IMG/VR virus record: IMGVR_UViG_3300048819_000142
Coordinates: 32,001-96,000 of that record
DNA: 64,000 bases
Source: a virus
Lineage: Duplodnaviria > Caudoviricetes
Direction: 5' to 3' (one strand)
Below, piece by piece: positions 39,171 through 46,447 of the stretch; within the stretch, counting starts at the first letter, position 1; each line of letters begins with the position of its first letter. Position numbers and translations under genes: made by a program. The notes below the pieces were generated by a model. That model saw nothing but the letters and a program-made list of their open reading frames with translations, searched no databases and had not been told where the DNA came from.

Positions 39171-40119
39171 TCAGCTCCCTCCAGTCTGGACTTTGGGACC
39201 AGGGGGTTGGGGCCGCTTCGAGGGCAGAGAAGAGGCGCGCTTGCGCAGCTGCATCTCCAGACTTTTTGCTGAGATGCCATAAGGCATTGCGTGACTTATC
39301 CGGGAAGAGTGGGGCAAAAATCGTGGAGAGCGCGTTCGTGTCGTAGTAGTTACGAAGCGCGGAAAAAATGTTGCGAAGATCGACAGGAGGGAGTGCGCTT
39401 CCTGTAACTCTGTCGTAAGTTGAGACTGCGGAGAGTTCTGACTCGTAGTCGGAGATGCTGGCGAACGTTCCATAGACTCCTTCGATGTTGAATCCGAGGT
39501 CCTCGATGAGGGCGCCAAGCGCGGCGAACGTCATCTCGTTGATGTGGTTTTCAGCAGCTGATCCGTTCCAGCATGGCGTGCTGATAAAGAAGTGGCAGTC
39601 GGGAGATGTGAGCTTTTGGAAGTGCTGGAGCATCCGACGACAATGCTCAGGAGTCACGTGCTCCAGCACTTCGAACGAGGTCAGGATGTTCGGCAGCGCG
39701 TAACCGTTGCTGCTAGGCAAACCAACATCTTCCTCATCCAGTGCGCAAAAGTCGGTCTTCGTCCAGATCTTGATGGGGATCTTCTTTCCCTCAAGCATCG
39801 CGGGAACGTCGAACTCGTTCACGTCAACGCCGACGTAGTGAAACGGCGTCATCTTGTTAACGTACAAGGTCTTGGCCAGCGGCATCTCCTTACCACAGCC
39901 GACGTCGAGTACCCTCGCGTCCTTGTACCTGTGCTGCTGATTCAGGAACTTGACCACGTGCGACCAGCGAAAACAGTGCGCGATGTAGTCACGGTGAATC
40001 AGCCCGCGTTCCTCTGCTAAGTCGAGCGACAAGAATGTCTTGTCGATCACGCGATTTTGGTTTCTTGCCATTATTCCTAAGACCTCGTCCATCGTTCCAA
40101 TTTTGTACGGCAACTTCAC
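39142..40119 (-). CDS. Class I SAM-dependent methyltransferase
   Basis: VLDVGCG, YVGVD, FEVLEHV, FISTP. Confidence 0.85.
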   Translation of the reverse strand: MKLPYKIGTMDEVLGIMARNQNRVIDKTFLSLDLAEERGLIHRDYIAHCFRWSHVVKFLNQQHRYKDARVLDVGCGKEMPLAKTLYVNKMTPFHYVGVDVNEFDVPAMLEGKKIPIKIWTKTDFCALDEEDVGLPSSNGYALPNILTSFEVLEHVTPEHCRRMLQHFQKLTSPDCHFFISTPCWNGSAAENHINEMTFAALGALIEDLGFNIEGVYGTFASISDYESELSAVSTYDRVTGSALPPVDLRNIFSALRNYYDTNALSTIFAPLFPDKSRNALWHLSKKSGDAAAQARLFSALEAAPTPWSQSPDWRELNGQPVAVAQ

Positions 40120-40152
40120 TCTTTCATAATATCACGGGTTTGCGCCCGAAAT

Positions 40153-40620
40153 TCAGGAATTTTTTGCAAGCAGTTCGACAAAGAACTTTCGAACAGCGTC
40201 ACGATTTTCTGGCCTGTTCCAGTACCTGTTGACACCGCTCGGGTGCGGTATCACCGCCATGAAGGGGACAACTATATCAGACGGGTGCTCTGGATCCCTT
40301 ATCTCGTAGTACTGCCCGTACGCGAAATTCTTCGCTCCAAAAGCCCTTGCGACGTTTGCACCGAGCAGTATGACTGGTTTGTTCCTCAGTGAGGGGAGCA
40401 TCTTCTTCGCGGCAATTTTTGCGTCGACCATGGGAAACTTATCGCCGCCAATTCCCTTGCCAGGCCACTTTTGGAGTACGTTTAGCATCTCATGCTGCGC
40501 AAGCATTTCATCCTGTGTGATGCCCATAAGCATCGCAAGGAATACCCCGCACTTTCCCGTGAACGGTGGCTGCCCGTCAGTTTCCCGACTTGGCGCTTGA
40601 CCAATCATTGTTAGCTTCAT
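40153..40620 (-). CDS. Uracil-DNA glycosylase-superfamily protein
   Basis: IGQAP, N..., VILLG..VA.AF, VIPHPSG.NRYWN. Confidence 0.7.
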   Translation of the reverse strand: MKLTMIGQAPSRETDGQPPFTGKCGVFLAMLMGITQDEMLAQHEMLNVLQKWPGKGIGGDKFPMVDAKIAAKKMLPSLRNKPVILLGANVARAFGAKNFAYGQYYEIRDPEHPSDIVVPFMAVIPHPSGVNRYWNRPENRDAVRKFFVELLAKNS

Positions 40621-40633
40621 AGCAAGAAATATC

Positions 40634-40852
40634 TCACTTGATTCCCACCTCCCTAATCGGAATGTCTGTGACCTCGTCTTCGTAAAACAGTCGCTTATGG
40701 ACGGAATTGTCGATCGCATACTCGATCTCGTAAGTCTTGAGTCCTCCCGGCTGAAGTCCGCAGCCAAGAACACGGCCTGGAACATTCAGTTTGTAAGCAA
40801 CAACGAGGACGAAGTCAAGGGGCGAGAACTTGTACGTTATGTTGGATTCCAA
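40634..40852 (-). CDS. Hypothetical small protein
   Basis: AGGAGG RBS; short SH3-like beta pattern. Confidence 0.5.
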   Translation of the reverse strand: MESNITYKFSPLDFVLVVAYKLNVPGRVLGCGLQPGGLKTYEIEYAIDNSVHKRLFYEDEVTDIPIREVGIK

Positions 40853-40930
40853 ACTACCCTCCTAAACAAGTCCGGTCCACCCTCGCCATGGGCGAAAGTG
40901 GACCGGGAGGTTGCTTCGTACGGGCGCTGA

Positions 40931-41422
40931 TTAGGCGGCCTTGGCTTCTTTCGCTGCGCCCTTGGAACCCTTTTCCTTGGAACCCGCGGCCGGCGCCGCA
41001 GGCGCCGCAGGCGCCGCAGGCGCCGCAGCAACTCCGGCCGGTGCCGAACCGTCGGCCGCAGCAGCCGGAGTCTTGGGCTCCTTCGCGGGCTTGTCCGGAA
41101 CTTCCACGTCGATTTCCTGGGAATCGGTGACTTCCTTGAGGACGCCCATCTCGCCCAGGCGAGGCTTGTAGAACCCCAGGATCCGCTCTGCGGTCTGTTT
41201 GGTCGTCAGTCCACCCTGCTCAACGGGCTTTTTCAGCGCAGCCAGAAGATCTTCGCGCGTCATCTTGCCGCCGGCTGCCTTGATCGTATCCACAATCAGC
41301 TTTGCCTGAGGTGGGCACTTGTCATTCGCGCCGACTTCCTTAACAACTTCGTAGCTCTTCGTCTTGATCGTCTTTTTTACAGTCGCCATATTTTGTGTTT
41401 GGGCAACCTCCATGTAGTCCAT
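40931..41422 (-). CDS. Winged-helix-like protein (paralogue 1) with PAA/K-rich tail
   Basis: PPQAKLIV...LTTKQ...ILGFYK..L..MG.L; (GGCGCCGCA)x4 encodes the PAA repeats; real start may be ~41389 after GGAGG. Confidence 0.65.
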   Translation of the reverse strand: MDYMEVAQTQNMATVKKTIKTKSYEVVKEVGANDKCPPQAKLIVDTIKAAGGKMTREDLLAALKKPVEQGGLTTKQTAERILGFYKPRLGEMGVLKEVTDSQEIDVEVPDKPAKEPKTPAAAADGSAPAGVAAAPAAPAAPAAPAAGSKEKGSKGAAKEAKAA

Positions 41423-41527
41423 CTTAGCACGACTATTTGAGCCTGAATCGGATTAAATAGTGTCTAACACACAAATCCGAATTTCGGATTTTACTATGTT
41501 TTTATGTGAAAGACTAACCATACCCGG

Positions 41528-41622
41528 GATGGCCAAGGCACTCACTATGGTCATCATCTCCGCAACGGAGGTGTTCATAGGGAATACCAGTCAAACTAAA
41601 GAGTACTATCCTATGGTCAAAT
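41528..41622 (-). repeat. Dispersed conserved element, copy 2 (inverted)
   Basis: Reverse complement reads TTTGACCATAGG-N43-GTTGCGGAG-N3-ATGACCA. Confidence 0.8.
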
Positions 41623-41675
41623 TTTGAAAGATGGGTTGGTCCGAATCAATGAGGTGGGAAAGAATTAGCAGGGAA

Positions 41676-41742
41676 TACAGAAACGCCCGGGAGTGTCCGA
41701 ATCTCCCGGGCGATGCGCAAGCAGCAAGCGTGGTTCGCGCTA
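41676..41742 (-). ncRNA. Candidate ~65-nt small RNA
   Basis: Promoter motif at 41748-41778, then a short hairpin and a 10-bp GC stem (41684-41712) followed by TTTCTGTATT; no ORF. Confidence 0.45.
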
Positions 41743-41780
41743 TAACTATTGTACCACGCAGTCAATCCGATGTTTCGGAT

Positions 41781-42254
41781 TTAACCAACGAGTGCGTCTT
41801 TTTCAACGCCTCGACGACTCCGTTCTTCACGGACATCGGAACCAGCGTCAACCAACCCCTGTTTCTCGTCGTCCGAAAGAATTGCCGGAACTCGTACAAA
41901 GTATCTGCGTAGTTCGTTGTCCTCGAACAAGCAGACCTGGTTGCGTGGAACTCCGGTCTCATTCTGGTACTGAACCCAGAGTCTGGCGCGAACCGTCTTT
42001 AGCGACCCACATCGGCGGAGCACTTTCTTCAATGATCGAAGACGACCCTCGATCCTGGAAAATGGATCTTCGGGGGAACAGATCGCCGTCTCCATCGCAA
42101 TGAAGTCGGGACGTGTATCTCCCATACGAATGACTGAACAAACCGTTACTGCCTTGATGGGCAAGCGAGAGCCGAGTTCGGCGTGCTTGCCTTGCTTCGT
42201 GATGTGGCGAAATTCGACGATGTACGTCTTGCCATCAACCGATAGCTTAACCAT
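41781..42254 (-). CDS. Hypothetical protein
   Basis: AAAGGAG RBS; AICSPED.FSR..GR motif seen in phage proteins. Confidence 0.6.
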   Translation of the reverse strand: MVKLSVDGKTYIVEFRHITKQGKHAELGSRLPIKAVTVCSVIRMGDTRPDFIAMETAICSPEDPFSRIEGRLRSLKKVLRRCGSLKTVRARLWVQYQNETGVPRNQVCLFEDNELRRYFVRVPAILSDDEKQGLVDAGSDVREERSRRGVEKDALVG

Positions 42255-42266
42255 GTTGCGTCTCCT

Positions 42267-43385
42267 TTACTTCGTCGAGATGACCTCGGCGAGCTGAACC
42301 GCCCTCTTGAGGGCAGAAGTCTTGGTTGCTGCTTTCGGACCAAACCACGCGCTGTATATGGCGTTGTCGCGGTCGCGACCGGCGAGGTGGTCCGCATAAT
42401 ACGTTGTCGCGTTGAAGGCTCCCCAAAGAGTCCCCCTGGCCGATTCCATCTCAGCACCGGGCTGGCGCTCGATTGCCTTGAACACGTCGTAAGCCGTCCG
42501 CTTGAATTGGTCGGGATTTATGCGGGGCGATGTGGGATCGACGATGAGCTTGGCTTGGTCCGCCTCACTCTTCTTCGCATAACCTTTTCCGAATGCCTCA
42601 ATCATCATTTCCGGTTGAAACACGTCTGCTACGTACCGGATGACAACGTCATCGTCGATGACAGTCTTTGCCAGCTTGTTTGCCGTTGACTCGAATCCCT
42701 CGAAAAGCTCGCTCGCGATACCGAGGGATATCTGTGCCTGCTGAGCAGTTTCTCCGTCAAACGCCCGAATGTGCGGCATGCGAAAGCCCTTACCGTGCGA
42801 GGATTCGTTCATCGCCATCGTGAATGTGTTCATGCACACAACGCGAATGGTGACGAACTTAATGACGAACGACTTTCCCCAAATATGCGGAGAGCTCAAC
42901 AACAGATAGCCATGCACTTCGTCCCCGCCGGGGAGGACGAACGACTTCTTGAGCTTTGCGAGAACCCATACCTGTTTCCCATCCTGGAGCGACCCAGCTG
43001 TCTCCATGCGCATGTGTCCTGCGTCGGTGAATTTCTTGAAGAAGTTGAAGGCTTGCGCGTTCTGTATAGGAATGTAGTCCTTACCAGCAGGACCAAGTAT
43101 CTTGTTGTCCGAGTCGCGAACAAGCGCGAAATAATCCGACACAGACAGGGAGGTTCCTCCCATATCAAGGTAACCCTTGAAGTCTTTCGCGTCGAAGCCT
43201 TCGATCGAGAGGGACGAGGTTGCGGGGGTGAACAGGGGGCGTTTGCTGACGGTCCAATTAAGTTCCGCTGCAACAAGCATTTCTTCGGGAGTGGCGTCGT
43301 GGTCGATGGGATTTCCCAGTCCGTGCCAGGGGACGCTTGCTTGTCCCTCGTGGCGGTACGCCATTGTTTCGACTTCATGCGGCAT
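42267..43385 (-). CDS. DUF932-family protein
   Basis: HEVETM..PWHGLG, ETAGSL..GK.VW.LA, IRVVC.NT, GTLWGAFNA.T.Y.DH. Confidence 0.88.
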   Translation of the reverse strand: MPHEVETMAYRHEGQASVPWHGLGNPIDHDATPEEMLVAAELNWTVSKRPLFTPATSSLSIEGFDAKDFKGYLDMGGTSLSVSDYFALVRDSDNKILGPAGKDYIPIQNAQAFNFFKKFTDAGHMRMETAGSLQDGKQVWVLAKLKKSFVLPGGDEVHGYLLLSSPHIWGKSFVIKFVTIRVVCMNTFTMAMNESSHGKGFRMPHIRAFDGETAQQAQISLGIASELFEGFESTANKLAKTVIDDDVVIRYVADVFQPEMMIEAFGKGYAKKSEADQAKLIVDPTSPRINPDQFKRTAYDVFKAIERQPGAEMESARGTLWGAFNATTYYADHLAGRDRDNAIYSAWFGPKAATKTSALKRAVQLAEVISTK

Positions 43386-43508
43386 TACTGTAGTCTCCTT
43401 AGTAGGGGGAGGGATTCCGTTGCATCCCTCCCCACTAAGTCCATTTTAACACAGGGTTAAACCACGTGATCGGATCAATTTTGGTCTGGAGCCGAATAGA
43501 CCCCCAGA

Positions 43509-43805
43509 CTACTTGAGGGTCTCTTCCAGCTCGGCGATCTCGCGATCCAGGTCCTGGCGCTTCTCTTCCGTCGTCTTCAGGGAGCTCCTGCGAGCTTTTG
43601 CTTCGGACAGCCGACGAGCCCGCTCATCGCGAACGCGAGCAGCGATCTCTCGATCCAGATCATTCACTGCGTTATTCAGCCAGTCGGGCTTATCGAGCTT
43701 CTGAGCTTCGTACTCGGCAAAAATAGCCCGAGCATTGGCTCTCAATTCGATTAGCTCCTCCACGCTGAACTTCGCCACGGTGAGTGTTTTGAGTTTCTCG
43801 ATCAT
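43509..43805 (-). CDS. Coiled-coil protein downstream of the TROVE gene
   Basis: GAAAGGAG RBS before ATG at 43805; R/E/K-rich heptads. Confidence 0.7.
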   Translation of the reverse strand: MIEKLKTLTVAKFSVEELIELRANARAIFAEYEAQKLDKPDWLNNAVNDLDREIAARVRDERARRLSEAKARRSSLKTTEEKRQDLDREIAELEETLK

Positions 43806-43878
43806 GTTCTTTCTCCTTTCCGTGGTGCGTTCCACCACATATTTCCCTTCAGGCGTCCTTCGCGTTGCACGCTTAGTT

Positions 43879-45357
43879 TCAGGCATGGGCGAGGTCCCTT
43901 GTTTCAAGCTTAAGGACGTCGGCCAAGGACAGCAGAGGCTGCTCCATGATCTCGTCCACGAGGCTGTACCGATTGGTCCTCATGGTCTCAACCATGTTGG
44001 GCAGCGAGTAGTAGTCAGCGGCGCTGGTGATCGGGAATTCATGCAGTTCCAGTCCCTCGCCGCTGCAATTGCTTGTGAGCACGTTCCGATCTCCGGGAAC
44101 GTGGTAGAAGTACACAGGAACCTGACGATCAAGCATCTTCGTCAATTCCTTGTATGCTGTTGCGAATGCCGGCGGGTGGTTCTCGCCCCCGTCAGAAACG
44201 ATTGCGATACCGTCCACCGCGAACTTTCGCTCAACAATGTATCGGCACCCGACACCGATAGACGTGCTGCCATTCGCCACCATTCTTGCTGTGATCTTCT
44301 GCACATCTTCAAGGGTCTTCCCAGTAACGTCAAAGTATGTGGGTGACGTATTGAAGAATACCAGGTGAACCCTTCCTTTTGCTACTCGGGCAAGCAGCGC
44401 AGAGAGCGACTTCGCTACTTCCATGGAAACTTGCATGGAGGACGAAGCATCAGCCAGGACCAACCAGTCACCTTCAAGGGAGGTCTTGTCGAGCTTCTTT
44501 TCCTGCACAGCTCGAACCTTCTCCTTGAACTCGTCGTCGTCCAAAGCGTCTGCTGCCTGCGACAGTTTCATCACGTTCGATGTCCCAGTCGCGACTCGGC
44601 CAAGCGCTTTTTCGAGAGCGCCTCGAAGTGTTGGATCCTTGCGAATCCCAAGCTTCTCGAGCATCTTCATGTGTGAGGTAAGCTCAGCGGGAGTCATGCG
44701 GTCGATCATAGCTGCCAGGATGTTCTTGTCCTGGAGCTTTTTCCCAAGTGCGGGGGCAGCAATGAGGAACGGAATCTTCTTTGTGAGGACCGCTCCAGCT
44801 GCTTCAAGCCCGTCCATGATACTCAAGTTGGCAATGGTGTCGAACACCGACCCTTTCGGTCGCCCTCCCTCGAATAAGACAGACTTGTTGAATTCGGCCG
44901 GCTTCACGCGGCAGAATGCATACAGTTCGTGCATGGTTCGCCTGTGCTGCACGATGGTCCTTGTCCACTTGCCTGGATTTGCCTCCATCGAGTGCAGGTA
45001 TGCCTTTACCAGCTTAGGAACAGCTTGGCGACGACCTGCCATTGATTGGGTCTTGGCGAACCGGACTCCACGCAACAGGTCCCTCGGGGAGAGCAATGCC
45101 AGGTGCGCCTTGGCATTGTCCATCAAGACAGGATCGCCGTGTTCGCGGGAGATCATGCTCTCGAGGGAGATCAACGGTAGAGCAACCTTGGCGTCCCTGA
45201 TCTGGCCCTTGCGTGCATTCCAAGCTACAAGGTGTGCGAAGAATTCGGGATCTTCCCGAGCGGCTTGCCGACCGAGCGGCAAATATTCCTCAAGTTTACC
45301 GTGCGGCGATTTTGCCAGTTCTGCAAACACACTCTGCCTCGTCAGTCCCTGTTCCAT
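43879..45357 (-). CDS. Ro60/Rsr-like TROVE-domain protein with C-terminal vWA domain
   Basis: Helical N-terminal region (DPEFFAHL..W...QIRD, MTP.EL..HMKMLEKLG); MIDAS-like DASSSM, G.TSIG, IVSDGGEN; GAGAGG RBS, ATG at 45357 (492 aa). Confidence 0.75.
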   Translation of the reverse strand: MEQGLTRQSVFAELAKSPHGKLEEYLPLGRQAAREDPEFFAHLVAWNARKGQIRDAKVALPLISLESMISREHGDPVLMDNAKAHLALLSPRDLLRGVRFAKTQSMAGRRQAVPKLVKAYLHSMEANPGKWTRTIVQHRRTMHELYAFCRVKPAEFNKSVLFEGGRPKGSVFDTIANLSIMDGLEAAGAVLTKKIPFLIAAPALGKKLQDKNILAAMIDRMTPAELTSHMKMLEKLGIRKDPTLRGALEKALGRVATGTSNVMKLSQAADALDDDEFKEKVRAVQEKKLDKTSLEGDWLVLADASSSMQVSMEVAKSLSALLARVAKGRVHLVFFNTSPTYFDVTGKTLEDVQKITARMVANGSTSIGVGCRYIVERKFAVDGIAIVSDGGENHPPAFATAYKELTKMLDRQVPVYFYHVPGDRNVLTSNCSGEGLELHEFPITSAADYYSLPNMVETMRTNRYSLVDEIMEQPLLSLADVLKLETRDLAHA

Positions 45358-45382
45358 GATCATCCTCTCTCGTAAAATAGCA

Positions 45383-45404
45383 GCGGCCTCCGTGTGGAGG
45401 CCGC
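45383..45404 (-). terminator. Hairpin between the RNA array and TROVE gene (terminator/attenuator)
   Basis: GCGGCCTCC-ACAC-GGAGGCCGC then TGCTATTTT on -. Confidence 0.55.
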
Positions 45405-45413
45405 AGAAGCAAA

Positions 45414-45475
45414 TCGCGAAGTGTCGGTTAGTGCTTTCATGCACCCAAAGCGTGTACACTAGCCAGTGTCCGCGA
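45414..45475 (-). ncRNA. Y-RNA-like module A (minimal)
   Basis: TCGCGG-ACAC-TGGCTAGTG-TACAC-[small hairpin]-CACTAACCGACAC-TT-CGCGA. Confidence 0.65.
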
Positions 45476-45493
45476 AAACGCAGAAAAAATGAA

Positions 45494-45655
45494 ACGGCCC
45501 GATGTGTCGAAGTTCTAAAATTAGCTGAGCTAATCCCCCACAGACCTCGCAAGGTCTCCCTCACGAAATCTGTGGGGGATCTTGGATTCGAACCAAGGAC
45601 CATCAGCGGTGAAGCTGAGGCTCTATCCGTGTAAGAACGCCAGTAACCGGGCCGT
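45494..45655 (-). ncRNA. Y-RNA-like module B with D-loop-permuted tRNA domain
   Basis: Shared stem encloses GGATAGAGC / TCAGC-6nt-GCTGA / T arm CTTGG-TTCGAAT-CCAAG / 12-bp loop-closed acceptor stem / TAGCTCAG. Confidence 0.75.
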
Positions 45656-45663
45656 AAAATCAA

Positions 45664-45794
45664 CGAGCGATGTGTCGGCATACGTCACCAAACGGCCCCC
45701 GATAAGTTTGAATGGCGGGGGGCCCGGGTATGAGCCGGACTCCGGGTATCACTACCCGAATGTTTCTACGTGTATGTATTCCAGTAACCGCTCG
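45664..45794 (-). ncRNA. Y-RNA-like module C with degenerate permuted tRNA domain
   Basis: Shared stem encloses GTAGAAAC / CGGGTA-GTGA-TACCCG / CCGG-CTCATAC-CCGG / GCCCCCCGCCA...GGGGGC / GTTT. Confidence 0.65.
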
Positions 45795-45879
45795 AACTTA
45801 AAAAGGGAGCTGGGCCGCCTCGTTGGCCGTGAGTTTGTTGCCTGAGCTCCCCGCATCGACAAATCTGTCGACGAAAACT

Positions 45880-46005
45880 TGTCCCCGAAATGTCTGCAAG
45901 CTGTTTCGCCTTACGGCGACGGCGGATTTGACCCGCAACCTTCTGATTAAGAGTCAGACGCTCTACAAGTGAGCTACGTGTAAGCTTACAAGTGTCCGGG
46001 GGACA
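45880..46005 (-). ncRNA. Y-RNA-like module D with tRNA-Lys(CUU)-like body lacking an acceptor stem
   Basis: TAGCTC-ACTTGTA-GAGC, TCTGA-CTCTTAA-TCAGA, AGGTT, GCGG-GTCAAAT-CCGC inside the shared stem. Confidence 0.75.
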
Positions 46006-46017
46006 CCATAATAACTT

Positions 46018-46092
46018 GATCCCGAAGAGTCGGTGTGCTATTTTTGTGCTGATAGATGGGATATCATGTAAGCACGCCAGTGTCCGGGAATC
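46018..46092 (-). ncRNA. Y-RNA-like module E (minimal)
   Basis: TCCCGG-ACAC-TGGCGTGCT-TACAT-[hairpin]-AGCACACCGACTC-TT-CGGGA. Confidence 0.65.
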
Positions 46093-46179
46093 GGAAACTT
46101 TTTCGCCGGGGGTTGCTATTGCCCGACAGCATTTCGATGTCTTGCTGAGTTGTTAAGCTCAGTTAGCTAACATATAATC

Positions 46180-46210
46180 ATTGTACAACAAGGATTGTCG
46201 GGTGTAACGG
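46180..46210 (-). promoter_or_regulatory. Promoter upstream of the RNA array/TROVE operon
   Basis: CCGT-N21-TACAAT, same motif as seven other sites. Confidence 0.6.
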
Positions 46211-46228
46211 ACAATTTTTCGGACAAAA

Positions 46229-46447
46229 TCAATTCACTGTCTCGTAGCCCGGTAGACCCGGAAGACCTGCATCCCTCAAACTTGCATGCACGTTCGCCCT
46301 AACGTATGCCAAGACCTTACGTCGTTCTACCGAATCCTCAGAAGATAAAAGCAGTATGAATTCGGGAGCGCTCATGTGTAGCTCAATAACAAGGTCATCG
46401 AGCGTAGGAAGTTCAGTTGAGATATCCACCACCTTATCAGAAGTCAT
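46229..46447 (-). CDS. Hypothetical protein
   Basis: 72-aa ORF overlapping the peptidase stop. Confidence 0.5.
   Translation of the reverse strand: MTSDKVVDISTELPTLDDLVIELHMSAPEFILLLSSEDSVERRKVLAYVRANVHASLRDAGLPGLPGYETVN

Noticed and set aside
40990-41029. (GGCGCCGCA)x4 tandem repeat
   Set aside because: Simply encodes a PAA linker in 40931..41422.
44423-45634. 403-aa + strand ORF and other long antisense ORFs (e.g. 7224..7958, 42771..43460, 51671..52369)
   Set aside because: Mirror frames of well-supported genes on the opposite strand, with no motifs or RBS.
45358-45681. N-terminal 108 aa of the 600-aa ORF 43879..45681
   Set aside because: It runs through the structured RNA modules; a GAGAGG RBS precedes the ATG at 45357, so the extension is likely a chance open frame.
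45880-46005. Ordinary tRNA-Lys gene
   Set aside because: No acceptor stem or CCA and a degenerate T loop; reported as a mimic instead.
45414-46092. CRISPR array interpretation of the five repeats
   Set aside because: Repeats are bipartite and covarying rather than identical, inserts vary widely in length and are tRNA-like, and no cas genes are present.
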